Virus record (IMG/VR): IMGVR_UViG_3300034073_005177
Coordinates: 1,224 to 65,223 of that record
Reading direction: 5' to 3' (one strand)
Length of the DNA: 64,000 nucleotides
From: a virus
Lineage: Duplodnaviria; Caudoviricetes
Under the pieces are notes generated by a model. That model was not told where the DNA came from. It worked only from the letters and a program-made list of their open reading frames with translations, and did not search any database. This document shows positions 55,431-64,000 of the stretch, one piece after another. The position numbers were made by a program, and so were the translations under genes. The first letter of the stretch is position 1. Each line of letters opens with the position of its first letter.

Positions 55431-57371
55431 ATGTCGAAATTATCTAATCAATCCAATCCTGTTAGATCTATAAATTTTTCATATGGACTTATAGAAAATT
55501 TCTCGTGCAACTTTGTTTATAATTTTTACACCTCAGATGAAAGCACCAACGCGACGCCACGAATACCTGACGTTTATAAAAAACCCACTATAAATAAAAA
55601 CGATGTTAATTTAGTGACTTTTTCCTTAAGGGTTCCAAGATACGTCGAACTGAATTGGAAAAAAGTGACGAGTCAAAATACCAAAGATGCATCGATTAAT
55701 AAAGTCATTAATAACATTAATCCCAATCTACAAAAAAATTATTCTAAAATAATAACAGAAACTAACGTCATCAATTCTAAGTACATGCCTCATAAATTTA
55801 CTAGTCGAAACGTACTAGAAAACGCTTCCGAGGATATTAATAAAGATGTTAACGGAATTTCTCTTTCTCAATCAGGAATAAGTCAAGCAACCATAATAGA
55901 AAATTTCATTTCAGACTTAATTAAAGGTTACGAAGAAACCGCTGAAAAATCTAATTCTAAAAAGATTAGAAATGCTATACAAACTTCTATAGCTTCTATC
56001 GAGAAATTTGCCGATAGACCAGATACAACTATTGGAATTAATTTTTTTAATAATGACAATAAAAAACAAGATACAGAATTTGATAAGTTAGTCAAATTAG
56101 ACTCTAAAGTTTATTCTCAGATTAATAGAACGTTGGTAAATGATATTTTTAATTTTTCCTCATTACCGATTGATCAATTAAACGCGATAAATACATTTTA
56201 TCAAAATAGTAATTCGTCTACTCAACAAGATCTAGCTGTAGAACCAATAGAAATTGGGGAAGAACTAGACCTAGATAAACTAGATAACTCTTTTGCAGAT
56301 TCTATTAATTCGATTCAAACGGTCGGGTATATCATAGAAAAATATAGACTAGAAAATGAAGTTTATTTACAAGATTCTATATTTTATATCGACAACCCCG
56401 ACACAACATCGATTTTAGATGTTAACGTAAAATATGGTAGTTCATATTTTTATTCTATAAAAGCTATCGCGCAACTCAAAGTACCAACAACTTTTAGCGA
56501 CGGTATTCTAAGGTTGTGTACTTATTATTTCGCTGGACAATCTTTTACAACTAACATTATTTGCGAAGAAAATACGCCGCCTCCGCCAATTACAGAAATG
56601 AACTTTGTTTGGAATTACAAAGAAAGTAAATTATCTGTGACTTGGGAATTACCGTTTAACTCGCAAAGGGATATTACTCAATTTCAAGTGCTAAGAAGAA
56701 AAACTATATATGAACCATTCGAACTGTTGGAACAACAATGTTTTGACTACTCAGATAAAAAAACGATAACAGGAGAAATCATAGATGGAAACAACCCCGA
56801 TGTTGTGAAAGAAAATTTAAAATACATTGTATACTCCAAAATTCCTACAACAATTTATCGTGACGATGAATTTAAAGTAGATTATGAAAATTTGGTTTCT
56901 TCCAAATACATCTATACGATAGTTGCTATAGATGCGCATGGTTTAATATCGAATTATGGAACTCAAGTAGAGGTTACATTCGATTTCTTTAAAAATGAAC
57001 TCATTAAAAAAGTAGTCAGTTCTTCGGGCGCATCGCGCGCATATCCAAATCTTTATTTAAACGCCGATCTTTTTAAGGATATAATACAAGTATCTGGCGC
57101 TTCATCTCAAAAACTAAAGATATACTTTATGCCTGAATATTTTAAAGTACATTATGGGGTAGGAAAAATTGAAAAGTTATTAGCGACTAAACAGGACGGT
57201 GGGCAAGGTGGATATTATAAGTTACAATTTATAAACGTTCAAAATCAAAAGCTAGACCAATTAAGAATTGATATAAATGACCCTAATTTGCTTGCTGCCG
57301 TAACATCGGATGATCTTTGGAAACTTTTCCTTGCTTCTAAGGAACTTTTCCTTGCTTCCGTGGGAAAATGA
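55431..57371 (+). CDS. Putative virion protein with FN3-like domains
   Basis: PPPPITEM...LSVTWELP...QFQVLRR...YIYTIVAIDAHGLISNY. Confidence 0.65.
   Translation: MSKLSNQSNPVRSINFSYGLIENFSCNFVYNFYTSDESTNATPRIPDVYKKPTINKNDVNLVTFSLRVPRYVELNWKKVTSQNTKDASINKVINNINPNLQKNYSKIITETNVINSKYMPHKFTSRNVLENASEDINKDVNGISLSQSGISQATIIENFISDLIKGYEETAEKSNSKKIRNAIQTSIASIEKFADRPDTTIGINFFNNDNKKQDTEFDKLVKLDSKVYSQINRTLVNDIFNFSSLPIDQLNAINTFYQNSNSSTQQDLAVEPIEIGEELDLDKLDNSFADSINSIQTVGYIIEKYRLENEVYLQDSIFYIDNPDTTSILDVNVKYGSSYFYSIKAIAQLKVPTTFSDGILRLCTYYFAGQSFTTNIICEENTPPPPITEMNFVWNYKESKLSVTWELPFNSQRDITQFQVLRRKTIYEPFELLEQQCFDYSDKKTITGEIIDGNNPDVVKENLKYIVYSKIPTTIYRDDEFKVDYENLVSSKYIYTIVAIDAHGLISNYGTQVEVTFDFFKNELIKKVVSSSGASRAYPNLYLNADLFKDIIQVSGASSQKLKIYFMPEYFKVHYGVGKIEKLLATKQDGGQGGYYKLQFINVQNQKLDQLRIDINDPNLLAAVTSDDLWKLFLASKELFLASVGK
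57322..57358 (+). repeat. Direct repeat AACTTTTCCTTGCTTC x2, period 21 nt
   Basis: 57322-57337 and 57343-57358; encodes KLFLAS/ELFLAS at the C-terminus of the 646-aa protein. Confidence 0.9.
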
Positions 57372-57394
57372 CAAAAATTGGTATTTTTTTAAAA

Positions 57395-57402
57395 ATAGTT
57401 AT
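57395..57402 (+). promoter_or_regulatory. Candidate late promoter motif ATAGTTAT
   Basis: In the gap before 57436, followed by GGAGGA at 57425-57430. Confidence 0.4.
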
Positions 57403-57435
57403 AGGTATTGCTAAAATGTATTTTGGAGGATATTG

Positions 57436-58143
57436 ATGGGCTGGTTAGACAATTCTACGAATAATATAATTTTAGATGCGGTGTTAACCGATTACGGTCG
57501 TGAAGCACTAGCGCGAAACAATGGTTCATTTAATATCACGAAATTTTCATTCGGCGACGACGAAGTAAATTATGGTATTATTACGAAGTACGGCAGAACG
57601 ATTGGTAGAGAAAAAATAGAAAAAAATACGCCAGTGTTTGAAGCTCTAACAAATCAAAATCTTGCTCTTAAGTATAAGCTAGTATCCGTACCAGTACCTT
57701 TAGTATATTTGCCGAAACTACAATTAGACTCAAGCACATCGACAGTCGATCTAAAGCAATCTAATTCTTTCGCTTTTAGCGTCGTACAAAAAAATAGTGA
57801 TAGTGATTCATCGACCCTAGATCCAAATATTGCCGATAGCAATTTTGACGTATATTATCCGTCTTTATTCTTGTCGATCGATAGCGTTAATAACATACCT
57901 GGGCAGGTTTCGCAAGATGCTTTGAGAACAGCACAAACGACGAGAACCGTAACAGTAGAAAGCAGTGGACAAAGAAAAGTTTCGATAACGCTGGTTGCAA
58001 AGTCAATAACCAACAACTCTTTCCAGACGTATGGTAGACAATTAACCAGTGGTGGTCCATACGTAATATCGACCTCAGTAAAACTAGTTGGACAAAGTTC
58101 AGGATTGTCGATAAGCGTACCTGTTAACATTTATAGTAATTGA
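57436..58143 (+). CDS. Virion structural protein (tail/baseplate)
   Basis: MGWLDNSTNNIILDAVLTDYGREALARNNGSFNITKFSFGDDEVNY; strong Shine-Dalgarno sequence. The track starts at TTG 57433. Confidence 0.7.
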   Translation: MGWLDNSTNNIILDAVLTDYGREALARNNGSFNITKFSFGDDEVNYGIITKYGRTIGREKIEKNTPVFEALTNQNLALKYKLVSVPVPLVYLPKLQLDSSTSTVDLKQSNSFAFSVVQKNSDSDSSTLDPNIADSNFDVYYPSLFLSIDSVNNIPGQVSQDALRTAQTTRTVTVESSGQRKVSITLVAKSITNNSFQTYGRQLTSGGPYVISTSVKLVGQSSGLSISVPVNIYSN

Positions 58144-58162
58144 ATTGTAAGGAATAAATCTA

Positions 58163-59416
58163 ATGGCAACGTTTCGTGAGCTAACAACAACCGATAAAAA
58201 AACCGCAAAGTCTTTTTTGAATCAATTAATCGATGTTCTTCAAGAGGACATTAGCGGCTCTACATCGCGTAGAAAATATCAACACTTTGTTACAGGCGGC
58301 GTTGGCCCCGGTATCACGTCATCTTTGTTTCAAACTGTTTATGATCAAGATTTTACCTTACAAACAGCAAATCCAATTTTCGATATCACAGTCGGATTAG
58401 CGCCCAGTTATACGAATGGAATTTTAGATGTTGCCAAAACGGGTACCGATGCATCAGGCAAATTGTTGTTCGCGAGTAGTTCTCTCATGGCTCGCGAAAA
58501 AGGAGAAATTTATAGACAATTTGCTCAAACGTTATTGGGTTCAGGTAGCTCTTTATTTAAGGTACCGTTAGAAGCGCAAGTAAATGTTACACAAAACACA
58601 ATCGACGCAGCGATGTTTATAGCATTTAAGCGTTTATTCGCGAGAGATCAAATAAAAAGAGAAACATTTGCGATGCGTTTTTATCAAACTGCATCGCACG
58701 TAACGAAGATAGGCTCTGGTAGCACCGACATGCCCCCTACGACTGATACTGATGGCGTTTCAAATCTAAACGTGACATCATTATCTGGTTCAACAATTTT
58801 TACTGACATCGGCTCAAACGATGCTAGATTTACTACTTTCGGCGGACAGTATGGAACCATAGTTGATTCATCTAACACCAATAGAAAAGTTGGTTTGATG
58901 TTCTACGATGCTGGAATTGCTATATTAGATTTGGCACAAATTACATCGGGTAGTCAATTTATGTCGGGCGCAATTGATGCAATGACGCCGACAGGAACTA
59001 CAATGTTGGGTGGCCCTGGCACGGCCACAGAAAGAGTATCTAAGTTCATTCCAGACTTCATTATGTCTGGCAGCATGGACAATATTTTAGATCATCTTTG
59101 TTCTGCGAGATTTCAATCAGGTTCATTAACAGCGATAACGTTCCAAAACGTAACCAATATTAATAGCACGTTAATATATTGTAGAGCACCCGCGGATGAA
59201 TTCAACTATTCTTCTAATCCAACATTCGTCGATACAAATAATCGTATTGTAGTAATTGACGAAGGCCAAGAAGGAGTTCAAGATACTTTCACTTATGTTA
59301 CTACCGTTGGTTTATATGATGGAAGTAATAATCTACTGGCAGTCGCAAAACTAAGCAGACCCGTAGAGAAAAGTCCTGAAAGAGATTTAACTTTTAGAGT
59401 TAGATTAGACTTCTGA
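58163..59416 (+). CDS. Virion structural protein with tail-collar-like C-terminus
   Basis: EFNYSSNPTF...TYVTTVGLYDGSNNLLAVAKLSRPVEK...VRLDF; SGS-rich. Confidence 0.7.
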   Translation: MATFRELTTTDKKTAKSFLNQLIDVLQEDISGSTSRRKYQHFVTGGVGPGITSSLFQTVYDQDFTLQTANPIFDITVGLAPSYTNGILDVAKTGTDASGKLLFASSSLMAREKGEIYRQFAQTLLGSGSSLFKVPLEAQVNVTQNTIDAAMFIAFKRLFARDQIKRETFAMRFYQTASHVTKIGSGSTDMPPTTDTDGVSNLNVTSLSGSTIFTDIGSNDARFTTFGGQYGTIVDSSNTNRKVGLMFYDAGIAILDLAQITSGSQFMSGAIDAMTPTGTTMLGGPGTATERVSKFIPDFIMSGSMDNILDHLCSARFQSGSLTAITFQNVTNINSTLIYCRAPADEFNYSSNPTFVDTNNRIVVIDEGQEGVQDTFTYVTTVGLYDGSNNLLAVAKLSRPVEKSPERDLTFRVRLDF

Positions 59417-59439
59417 TAAGAGCACGCTGGAACGATGCA

Positions 59440-61878
59440 ATGGCTTTATTACCCGTTACGCCAGAAGACGTAGAATTTTTTACTACGATAATTAATCCTC
59501 AAAGACAATATACATCTTCGTCGATTAATGGCGCAACGGGCTCTTTACAATTATTTGCTAGAAGATCGCCAATTGAAAAAGAGCCAGTTCCATTAACTAA
59601 TTTTTCTGCCTCGTATTCCAATGATGAAAATCTTGAAAATTTTCGCGTCGAATTAGGTTTAAAAGCTAAATCGCTACTACCAGGTAGTTCATTCTTGGGT
59701 GGGCTTCAGACATATTTTGACAAAGTAAACAATCAATCTATCTCCGCAAAAAAACAAAAGAAAATTGAGATAAACAGATTTACTCCAACTCCTCAATTTA
59801 CATCAAATACGATTAGAAAACTAAACGTAAAAGAAATATTGATGCCTTATTATAGTTCTCAATACCCTAGCGCGGGATGGGGATACACGAACTATAATAC
59901 GTTGAATTTTTTTACGACGACAGGAATTCCGACATCATCAGTTTTATTATATCCGTCGGTAGAAAACCAAACGTTGCCAGCCCACGATGGCTATGTTACT
60001 GGAACTTACGCTATATCAGGAGCCTTTTCTTTTGATTTTAGAATTAACCCTAGGTACCGCGAAGACTCGATAGACGCTGATCACTTTAAAGCTGGTACAA
60101 TATTTCATTTATCGTCTAGTTATGCACTATCCTTAATAACTGGTTCACTAAAAGACGAAAACGGTCTTCCCAAAGGCTTTAGGCTTAAACTACAGCTTAG
60201 TCATAGCGCAGATATATCGCCATCTAAATCTATTCCTGGTGTATACCCAAATGATTTAATATTCTTATCAGACGATAACGCTTTAAGCTATAATAATTGG
60301 CATAGAGTTGTAGTGCGTTGGGGTACTAATTTAGTCAACGAAGGAACTGGCTCTTTTAACATCGATGGCGTCGATGTAGGTAAATTCGTAATTCCTTCAG
60401 GAACTATAATGCCAAAAGTTTATACTACGCGAAGTGACCCACGCGTTTTATGCGTGGGCAATTATTACGAAGGTAACAACTCTGCGGCTTCAAGTCAATT
60501 ATTATTTTTTAGCGATGTAGTCGCAGACAGAGAAGGATTAGAAGAGTTGACTAACACGGGTGGTGTTATTGACAATCCTATCAATTATGCATTTAATCAC
60601 CCTTTAAAAGCGGAAGTTCATGAATTGACTATTAAAAGGACATACATGTCTAACAGCGAAATAGTCAACACATCAGGTAGTGGACTATCGACGCTAGATT
60701 CGAACGTTGCCTTTTATTGTCCACCTTTCTTTACGAAAAATTCGCCTACTAGAAAATATATCGGAGGTCATGGAGGCGTATTATTCACGCCATTTCAAGA
60801 ACAAGATGGCACTACAGACGATCCATTCAATGTAGGTATGGCATTTTCTGTCGCTGGTCACTATATTAATTTAGAAAACTTTGCAAAAGATTTTGCTAAT
60901 GATGTATTTCCAAGATTACATCATCTAACAGGCGTTGCGATAGATTATACGACTTCGGCAGAGCCTGCAAATGACATTTTATATAAAAGTTCTTTTGTGA
61001 AGAAAAGAAACTTAACTATATTACCTTGTGACGAAGGTAATTTTTATCCAAACTATGGTTTGTTAAGCTCAGAAGATAGAACGAAATACGTAGATTTTTT
61101 TGGAAGAGAAGACTTAAGCACAATTAATCTTGATAATCTGGTCAATGCTGATTCGTTATTAATTAGTAAAACGCACGAAGCGTCAGGTTCTCAATTTATA
61201 AAAGAGTTAATTGGATTTTCCCCAGAAGAACCTGGTCTTCCGCCGGGTCCTGCATTTTCTAATTATGCCAATACGTCGGGTAGCGTATCAGGATATCCAT
61301 TGACGATATTCCAAAGACTAAAAGATCCTTCATCTGATCAAGTTACTTTTTTCGATATTAGTAATCTTTTTTATGGCAGCAAAATTTTGCCAGGCACATT
61401 TACGCTAAAAGATACTTCTTTGTCAGGTTCTAATAGCAGAATTTCTATAACCTTAAAAGACGATGGCATAGGTAATCTTTATCGCGCAGATGCTTTAACT
61501 CCCCACAACAAGCTAAATTGCGTAGGAAATATTTTTTATAATGAAGGCGTAATCGTTATTAAAAGTCCACATTTATATTTCTTTGGCAAAAATAATTACG
61601 AAATGTCTTTTAAGGGTGAACAAAAACTCTATTCTTCGAAATATGAAATATTAGCGCCACAAGGTTATTTAAATTCTTCATCGAATCCTTCCTTCGCAGA
61701 GGTAAAAAATGAAATAAGCGCCTCTGTAGATCCTTGGGATATTGACACGTTTGTCTATATATCCGACGTTAATTTCCACGATGAAAACTTAAATGTTGTT
61801 GCTAAAGCAAAATTAGCACAACCGGTTTTAAAGCGCGAAGGCGAAAAACTATTATTTAAAATCGCTTTCGATTGGTAA
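59440..61878 (+). CDS. Virion structural protein with LamG-like insert; C-terminus paralogous to 58163-59416
   Basis: FSFDFRINPR, WHRVVVRW; VGNIFYNEG; LNSSSNPSF...VYISDVNFHDENLNVVAKAKLAQPVLK...IAFDW. Confidence 0.7.
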   Translation: MALLPVTPEDVEFFTTIINPQRQYTSSSINGATGSLQLFARRSPIEKEPVPLTNFSASYSNDENLENFRVELGLKAKSLLPGSSFLGGLQTYFDKVNNQSISAKKQKKIEINRFTPTPQFTSNTIRKLNVKEILMPYYSSQYPSAGWGYTNYNTLNFFTTTGIPTSSVLLYPSVENQTLPAHDGYVTGTYAISGAFSFDFRINPRYREDSIDADHFKAGTIFHLSSSYALSLITGSLKDENGLPKGFRLKLQLSHSADISPSKSIPGVYPNDLIFLSDDNALSYNNWHRVVVRWGTNLVNEGTGSFNIDGVDVGKFVIPSGTIMPKVYTTRSDPRVLCVGNYYEGNNSAASSQLLFFSDVVADREGLEELTNTGGVIDNPINYAFNHPLKAEVHELTIKRTYMSNSEIVNTSGSGLSTLDSNVAFYCPPFFTKNSPTRKYIGGHGGVLFTPFQEQDGTTDDPFNVGMAFSVAGHYINLENFAKDFANDVFPRLHHLTGVAIDYTTSAEPANDILYKSSFVKKRNLTILPCDEGNFYPNYGLLSSEDRTKYVDFFGREDLSTINLDNLVNADSLLISKTHEASGSQFIKELIGFSPEEPGLPPGPAFSNYANTSGSVSGYPLTIFQRLKDPSSDQVTFFDISNLFYGSKILPGTFTLKDTSLSGSNSRISITLKDDGIGNLYRADALTPHNKLNCVGNIFYNEGVIVIKSPHLYFFGKNNYEMSFKGEQKLYSSKYEILAPQGYLNSSSNPSFAEVKNEISASVDPWDIDTFVYISDVNFHDENLNVVAKAKLAQPVLKREGEKLLFKIAFDW

Positions 61879-61879
61879 A

Positions 61880-62281
61880 ATGTCAAATAAAAAAAAGAAA
61901 AGAAGAAGAAAAAGTCGTTACCATCGAGGCGAATATACTTCAGTAAAAACTGGTCAACTTTGCAAATATCGTTCGGGGTGGGAACAAAAGTATATGGAAC
62001 ATCTCGATGCTAATCCCGACGTCGTAGAGTGGTCTTACGAAAAACTAATAATTGAATATATTTCTAATCAAAAAACAAAAAAAATTAGAAAATACTACCC
62101 CGATTTCCAAGTAGAATATTCCGACGGAAAAAAAGTAGTGATTGAAATAAAGCCCTCGAGAAAACTACAACAAAAATTAGTAGTAAAGAAAATAAGAGCA
62201 GCAAAAGAATGGTGCACGCAACACGATATTGACTATAAAATATTGACAGAAATAGAATTAAAGGATATAGGTTTACTTTAA
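61880..62281 (+). CDS. Head completion nuclease (T4 gp4 / TnsA N-terminal-like)
   Basis: YRSGWE...LDANPDVVEWSYE...IEY...YYPDF...IEIKP...AAKEWC...ILTE. Confidence 0.88.
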   Translation: MSNKKKKRRRKSRYHRGEYTSVKTGQLCKYRSGWEQKYMEHLDANPDVVEWSYEKLIIEYISNQKTKKIRKYYPDFQVEYSDGKKVVIEIKPSRKLQQKLVVKKIRAAKEWCTQHDIDYKILTEIELKDIGLL

Positions 62282-62322
62282 ATTAATTTTACTAAAGCTA
62301 TCCTGGTGATAAGAATCAATGG

Positions 62323-62883
62323 ATGCAAGAGTACATACTCGGTTTAGACGTTTCAACTTCAGTTACTGGGGTATGTATCCTGGATACGCGCATTATTCCT
62401 AATGATTCCGGGTCTCATATTACGCACCTAGATAGAGTTGAATTCAAGAGATGCAAAACGCTATGGGACAAAGCTGACCTAATTGCTTTTGAATTTTATG
62501 AATTGTTAAAAAAACACCCGGGTAACTATAGGGTTGCCCTTGAAGAACCATTAATGGGATTTCGAACTGGAATGTCTTCTGCAGCAACAATAACCACGCT
62601 CATGAGATTTAACGGAATTGTTTCCTATATCTCCAGGGAAATATTTAAAGTTGATCCAGAATATATCGCAGCGTCTTCTGCCAGAAAACTCTGCGGAATC
62701 AAGATGCAAAAAACCTCTGTGGCAGGCATGAGTGGAAAAGAACAAGTCTTCAAGTACATGTCTGAGCACGACCTAAAACACGTACAATGGCCAACAAAAA
62801 AGAACGGTTGCGCGGTAGATTGGTCCCGCGACGCGACCGATGCATTCGTTATCGCCCGTGCAATATCTTTAATGCAAAAATGA
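62323..62883 (+). CDS. RuvC-like Holliday junction resolvase
   Basis: ILGLDVSTSVTG, ALEEP, KEQV, DATDAFVIA (RNase H-fold acidic residues). Confidence 0.85.
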   Translation: MQEYILGLDVSTSVTGVCILDTRIIPNDSGSHITHLDRVEFKRCKTLWDKADLIAFEFYELLKKHPGNYRVALEEPLMGFRTGMSSAATITTLMRFNGIVSYISREIFKVDPEYIAASSARKLCGIKMQKTSVAGMSGKEQVFKYMSEHDLKHVQWPTKKNGCAVDWSRDATDAFVIARAISLMQK

Positions 62884-62900
62884 AAAACGTGCTTTCGCTA

Positions 62901-62909
62901 TGTTACTAT
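62901..62909 (+). promoter_or_regulatory. Extended -10 TGtTACTAT, 8 nt before the primase GTG
   Basis: Read directly in the gap 62884-62917. Confidence 0.4.
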
Positions 62910-62917
62910 AAACACGA

Positions 62918-63886
62918 GTGCATTCGCTAACAGATAAAATAAAATTTTACGAATCTATTTTCGGGCGCGGACGTTTAGCTAGCAATGGAAAAAATTTCGA
63001 TGTTAGATGTCCTATTTGCGCACCGATGGACACTTCTAAAAAGAAGTTAGCGATTCGAACTGATAATGATGCGAATCATTGTTGGGTTTGTGGATGGAAA
63101 GCTCGAACTCTAATTCCACTTCTAAAAAAGTTTGGTTCGCAAGAACACATTAATCTATATAGAGAATTTACAGGTCGCAGTAATTCTCCAGTTACGGCTG
63201 ATATAGAGATAGTTCAAAAAATTGAACTACCAAAAGATTTTAAGCTTTTAACATTGGCTAGTGATACTGATCCTGATGTTAAAGCTGCATGGCGCTACAT
63301 TTATTCAAGAGGCTTAACTGATAAGGACGCGTGGTATTTCAAGTTTGGTGTGTCGGATGAGCCGAGATGGAAGCGTCGAATTTTAATGCCATCCTTCGAT
63401 TTCCAAGGTAATTTAAATTATTTTGTAGCGAGAGCAATAGACAAGGACCGCAAACCCAAATACGACAATCCAGACGTTGATAAAAATCCTGTCGTTTTTA
63501 ACGAAATTAACATAGACTGGAAACAGCGCTTAGTTTTATGCGAAGGACCATTCGATATGGTAAAGTGTCCTGAAAATTCAACTGCTTTATTGGGTTCTGA
63601 TCTCGACGAGCGTCATGAAATACTTAATAAAATATTATTACATAACACGCCGGTCGCCCTATCTCTTGATGGCGACATGTGGAACAAAAAAACCCCTAAG
63701 ATTGTTAAAAAACTTCAAGAATATGATATTGACGTAGTAGTTGTTGATGTCAGGCCATGGGGTGATCCTGGTAATATGTCAAAACCTGAATTTGAAAAAG
63801 CCTTATTCGAAGCCAAACCGCTGGACTGGTATGATATTTTTAATGATCGTTTAAAGAAAGCCGTAGAAATTAGTTTTAGATTATAA
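62918..63886 (+). CDS. DNA primase (Zn finger plus TOPRIM)
   Basis: CPIC...HCWVCG, YFVAR, KYDNP, CEGPFD, LDGD, DPG. Confidence 0.92.
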   Translation: MHSLTDKIKFYESIFGRGRLASNGKNFDVRCPICAPMDTSKKKLAIRTDNDANHCWVCGWKARTLIPLLKKFGSQEHINLYREFTGRSNSPVTADIEIVQKIELPKDFKLLTLASDTDPDVKAAWRYIYSRGLTDKDAWYFKFGVSDEPRWKRRILMPSFDFQGNLNYFVARAIDKDRKPKYDNPDVDKNPVVFNEINIDWKQRLVLCEGPFDMVKCPENSTALLGSDLDERHEILNKILLHNTPVALSLDGDMWNKKTPKIVKKLQEYDIDVVVVDVRPWGDPGNMSKPEFEKALFEAKPLDWYDIFNDRLKKAVEISFRL

Positions 63887-63892
63887 TATTTA
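63886..63892 (+). promoter_or_regulatory. Candidate late promoter motif ATATTTA
   Basis: 6 nt before ATG 63899. Confidence 0.4.
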
Positions 63893-63898
63893 CTAGTG

Positions 63899-64000
63899 AT
63901 GAAAAATGTAATCGGCGGCAAGTTAATAACTGAAACTAGACTTCGTCAAATTATTCAAGAAGAACTTGAAAGAAAATATTTGATAGAAGAAGGCTTGTGG
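63899..64000 (+). CDS. Partial ORF MKNVIGGKLITETRLRQIIQEELERKYLIEEGLW...
   Basis: Read by hand; open to the window edge. Confidence 0.7.
   Translation, partial: MKNVIGGKLITETRLRQIIQEELERKYLIEEGLW

Noticed and set aside
61880-61925. NLS-like KKKKRRRK
   Set aside because: A basic N-terminus is expected for a small DNA-binding nuclease; nothing else points to a eukaryotic host.
61880-62883. Tn7-like transposon (TnsA) or TnpB/Cas12 (RuvC)
   Set aside because: No TnsB/TnsC or terminal repeats. Sizes and motifs fit a gp4-like head completion nuclease and a stand-alone resolvase next to primase.
485-63921. Short antisense ORFs in the track (e.g. 1956-2228, 11188-11649, 47491-47862)
   Set aside because: They lie wholly opposite well-supported genes and show no motifs; treated as shadow ORFs.
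1-64000. Eukaryotic giant virus (NCLDV) origin
   Set aside because: The sugar enzymes are reminiscent, but gp6, gp25, gp55 and gp4-like genes, overlapping operons and Shine-Dalgarno sites indicate a tailed prokaryotic virus.
1-64000. Stop-codon reassignment
   Set aside because: Code 11 gives full-length, tightly packed genes, and TAA, TGA and TAG all end recognisable proteins (e.g. phoH ends in TAG).
1-64000. tRNA, rRNA, introns, inteins
   Set aside because: Intergenic gaps are under about 100 nt with no cloverleaf seen, and helicase, primase and PhoH are uninterrupted. A covariance search was not possible.

Overview
The window reads as a segment of a large, T4-like contractile-tailed phage genome (jumbo myovirus). 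It is AT-rich, gene-dense and translates cleanly in code 11. I found no rRNA, tRNA, CRISPR array, IS or integrase. All product calls come from motifs recognised by eye; no database search was run. Layout: (1) 1-14.2 kb, minus strand: baseplate/tail module (LamG-domain proteins, gp6-like and gp25-like wedge proteins, a gp5-like hub, a possible muralytic protein) plus a gp55-like late sigma factor. (2) 14.2-39.6 kb, minus strand: a ~25 kb co-oriented glycosylation island with about 9 glycosyltransferase genes, RmlA/RmlB with an NRS/ER-type epimerase-reductase, Gmd, Ugd, DegT aminotransferase, WbqC, acetyltransferase, methyltransferases, deacetylase, three 2OG-Fe(II) oxygenases, a Gfo/Idh/MocA oxidoreductase, a B12 radical SAM enzyme, a beta-propeller glycosidase-like protein and an embedded Cas4/RecB-like nuclease. 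(3) 39.7-48.2 kb: degenerate GroEL, ClpP, DinG-like helicase, Hc1-like histone protein, a stand-alone sigma70 region-4 protein and PIN-PhoH; the last two are divergent and share a perfect 20-bp inverted repeat across their start codons. (4) 48.3-61.9 kb: large virion proteins. (5) 61.9-64 kb: gp4-like nuclease, RuvC-like resolvase, primase. Best leads: a phage-encoded virion glycosylation system with [S/T]GS-rich structural proteins as candidate acceptors, and a possible split sigma factor whose region-4 gene sits at an inverted-repeat-flanked divergent promoter.
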